Shown here: positions 7,360 through 9,266 of the stretch, piece after piece
How the letters are laid out: the number at the start of each line of letters is the position of its first letter
How positions within the stretch are numbered: the first letter of the stretch is position 1
Source of the DNA: Octopus sinensis
Taxonomy: Eukaryota
Assembly (NCBI RefSeq): GCF_006345805.1
Contig: NW_021828003.1
Span: forward strand, 1-9,266
DNA: 9,266 bases
Reading direction: 5' to 3'
Notes under the pieces: model-generated
Databases searched by the model: none
Seen by the model: the letters and a program-made list of their open reading frames with translations, nothing else
Told to the model about the DNA's origin: nothing
Translations under genes and position numbers: made by a program

Positions 7360-8624
7360 TCGGGTTGGTGCACAAGTAATGTCCGATTGAAAGATCTAAG
7401 GTAAAGATGAATAAGTCAACGACTATGGAAGTATTTATTCCTTAATTCACTCTCAGTTGCTTTCAATGACCTTATTCCAGCTTTCAAAAACCTCATAAAT
7501 GCCTCGCTTGTAAAATTCTGTAGGTTTAGAACGAAAATATGAATCCAACTCATTTCCAATCTCTTCTCTGGTGGTTAAGTCCATCAAAATAGTTCTGTAG
7601 TCCTCGGAACGAATGGTAATCAGAGGGAACAAGGTCAGGAGAATATGGAGGATGAGGCAGTATTTTCCAACCAAGTTCTTCGAAGAGAGTTTTCGTTAGT
7701 CGTGCTGTGTCATGATGGAAGATGACACCCCTTCTGTTAACCAAGGGTACTTGATTTTTGGCTCAGAACTGTTTTCAAACGACGAAGTTGCTCACAGGAA
7801 AGCTAAGCATTAATTGTTTGGTTGTTGACCAACAGTTCACAATGAATTACTCCTTTGATATCCCACCATACACTCAACATGATCTTCTTTGTAGGATGTC
7901 CTGCTCTCGGTTGTTGAACTGGCCATCCTCCTCGACTGGTCCAAGAACGACAGCGTTTAACATTATGGTAAAGAATCCACTTCTCATTACATGTAACGAG
8001 CCTGTCTAAATATGTTGCTTGAAAGTATCGCGAAAGCAATGATTGGCCACAAGCAGCATGCTGTTGTTGATTCTCTGGAGACAGCTCCTGAGGGACCCAT
8101 TTTCCAGCCATTGAAACCTGTCCAATGTGTTTTACCTGGCGTATCCCAATTGTATGGGCCATGTTTAACTGTTCTGCAAGTTCCCTAGTGGTAACGGTAG
8201 AGTTCTCAGAAACAAGAGCTTCCAACATTTTGGAATCAAATTTTTTTCTATGACCCCCTTTTGCTCTTCTTTCAAAGGGAAACCACCACTTTGGAAACGG
8301 GAAAACCACCTCCTGCAACTTCTTTCATTCCCTAGATCATCACCATAACTGCTCTGAATAGATCTTGCTGCCGCACTTGCGTTAACACCTTTATAAATCT
8401 CGAAGAGTAAACCATTTCCTATGTGACCTTAGATGGGACAAACATGGTGGTAAAGGTTTCTGAGAATTATGGCCAGAAGTTTGATAATCTTAAAGAAAAT
8501 AGTACAAATAAGACACAGAGATATATATTAAAACTATAAGAAATGGTTTAAAAATTGATAAATTCGCTCTGAAACATTTTTTCTAGAAATCGGACGTTAC
8601 TTCTTTTCCTTCCCTCCAACCTGA
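7360..8624 (-). mobile_element. Full-length (1265 bp) decayed mariner DNA transposon
   Basis: Left TIR TCGGGTTGGTGCACAAGTAATGTCCGATT (7360-7388). Right TIR at 8588-8624 (rc TCAGGTTGG…AAGTAACGTCCGATT) followed by TA at 8625-8626. The TIR resembles the Hsmar1/cecropia type (TTAGGTTGGTGCAAAAGTAAT). Length is typical of mariners. Confidence 0.92.
7435..8445 (-). pseudogene. Mariner D,D(34)D transposase, frameshifted with stops
   Basis: Fragments across frames: N-terminal HTH (LLFEIYKGVNASAAARSIQSSYGDDLGNERSCRRWFSRFQSG), second HTH (TTRELAEQL), KWVPQELS (WVPHEL motif), LVTCNEKWILY (first catalytic D changed to N), FHHDTAR, LPHPPYSPDLVPSDYH (YSPDL motif), FYKRGI…WNKVIE. Start ATG inferred at 8443-8445. 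Confidence 0.92.
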
Positions 8625-8947
8625 TATATATCTATCATCTCCATATATAATTATACACATATATATATATATATATATTTATATATTTATATTATTCTAC
8701 ATTAGATTATATATTATATATATATCTCTTGCCGATAATATATATAGATATATATATCTATATGGTATATATATATATATATATTAATATACAATATTTT
8801 ATATATATATATAACGTACATATAAATAAAATATTATTCATACATATAATATATAGATATCTATATATATATTCAATATTTTATACCTATATTATATACG
8901 CACATTAAATATATTCTCTATATTTTATACATATATATATATATTTA
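8625..8947. repeat. Degenerate (TA)n low-complexity tract
   Basis: Interrupted TA repeats between the mariner and the Penelope-like fragment. Confidence 0.9.
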
Positions 8948-8951
8948 TCCT

Positions 8952-9266
8952 GACCGCGTTCTTGCCCTCCTAGTGGCTTCCCCTCCCTCTCACATCCATG
9001 ACACCAACCATGCACTTCGTTTGTTCAACTCTTTCTCCTTCCCTCCTGGCCCCTCAAAACTTCTCTTCACTCTCCACATCCAGAGGCTTTACACAGTGAT
9101 CCTTCAACTCGAGGGGCTGCAGGCAATCCAACATTTCATTGACCTTCGACCTAACCCCCAACCCGACACTTCCACACCCGTTCGTCTGGCCGAAATTGTT
9201 CTTTCACTCAGCTTCTCGTTCGCTGGTGCTTTTTACCAGCAGTTTTCGGGAGTGGCCATGGGAACA
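8952..9266 (+). mobile_element. Penelope-like element (PLE) reverse transcriptase fragment, runs off the window
   Basis: 105 stop-free codons: DRVLALLVASPPSHIHDTNHALRLFNSFSFPPGPSKLLFTLHIQRLYTVILQLEGLQAIQHFIDLRPNPQPDTSTPVRLAEIVLSLSFSFAGAFYQQFSGVAMGT. Matches PLE RT motifs PSxIxDT, LFTxDxxSLYT (D changed to H here), RLAELVL and FYxQxxGVAMGT. It has no start codon, so the ORF track omits it. Confidence 0.85.

Noticed and set aside
4087-7379. Many YI/IY/HT-rich ORFs (4296..4541, 4466..4783, 4567..4839, 5427..5624, 5819..6025, 6213..6563, 6266..6553, 7131..7379)
   Set aside because: Translations of stop-free (TA)n/(CA)n microsatellites and SINE sequence.

Overview
Eukaryotic, AT-rich, repeat-saturated DNA with no convincing host gene. 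The SINE family and dense (TA)n/(TATG)n/(CA)n tracts resemble Octopus-type cephalopod genomes; this is recall-based, not a database result. Contents: a 51-bp satellite (20 units, 1-1020); a 5'-truncated CR1-clade LINE on the minus strand (RT, one stop and one frameshift); a ~377-bp inverted-repeat-flanked element carrying a hammerhead-like motif; four copies of one tRNA-derived SINE of different ages, one nested in another; a ~214-bp near-perfect foldback/MITE; a full-length decayed mariner; and a Penelope-like RT fragment running off the right end, missed by the ORF track. Two observations stand out. First, the LINE 3' UTR and the SINE 3' ends share a ~38-nt tail whose hairpin shows compensatory changes, suggesting a SINE-LINE partner pair. 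Second, 3141-3185 is a candidate minimal type I hammerhead ribozyme with a U3-A8 core variant and a palindromic helix III. Most short ORFs in the track are microsatellite or antisense artefacts.
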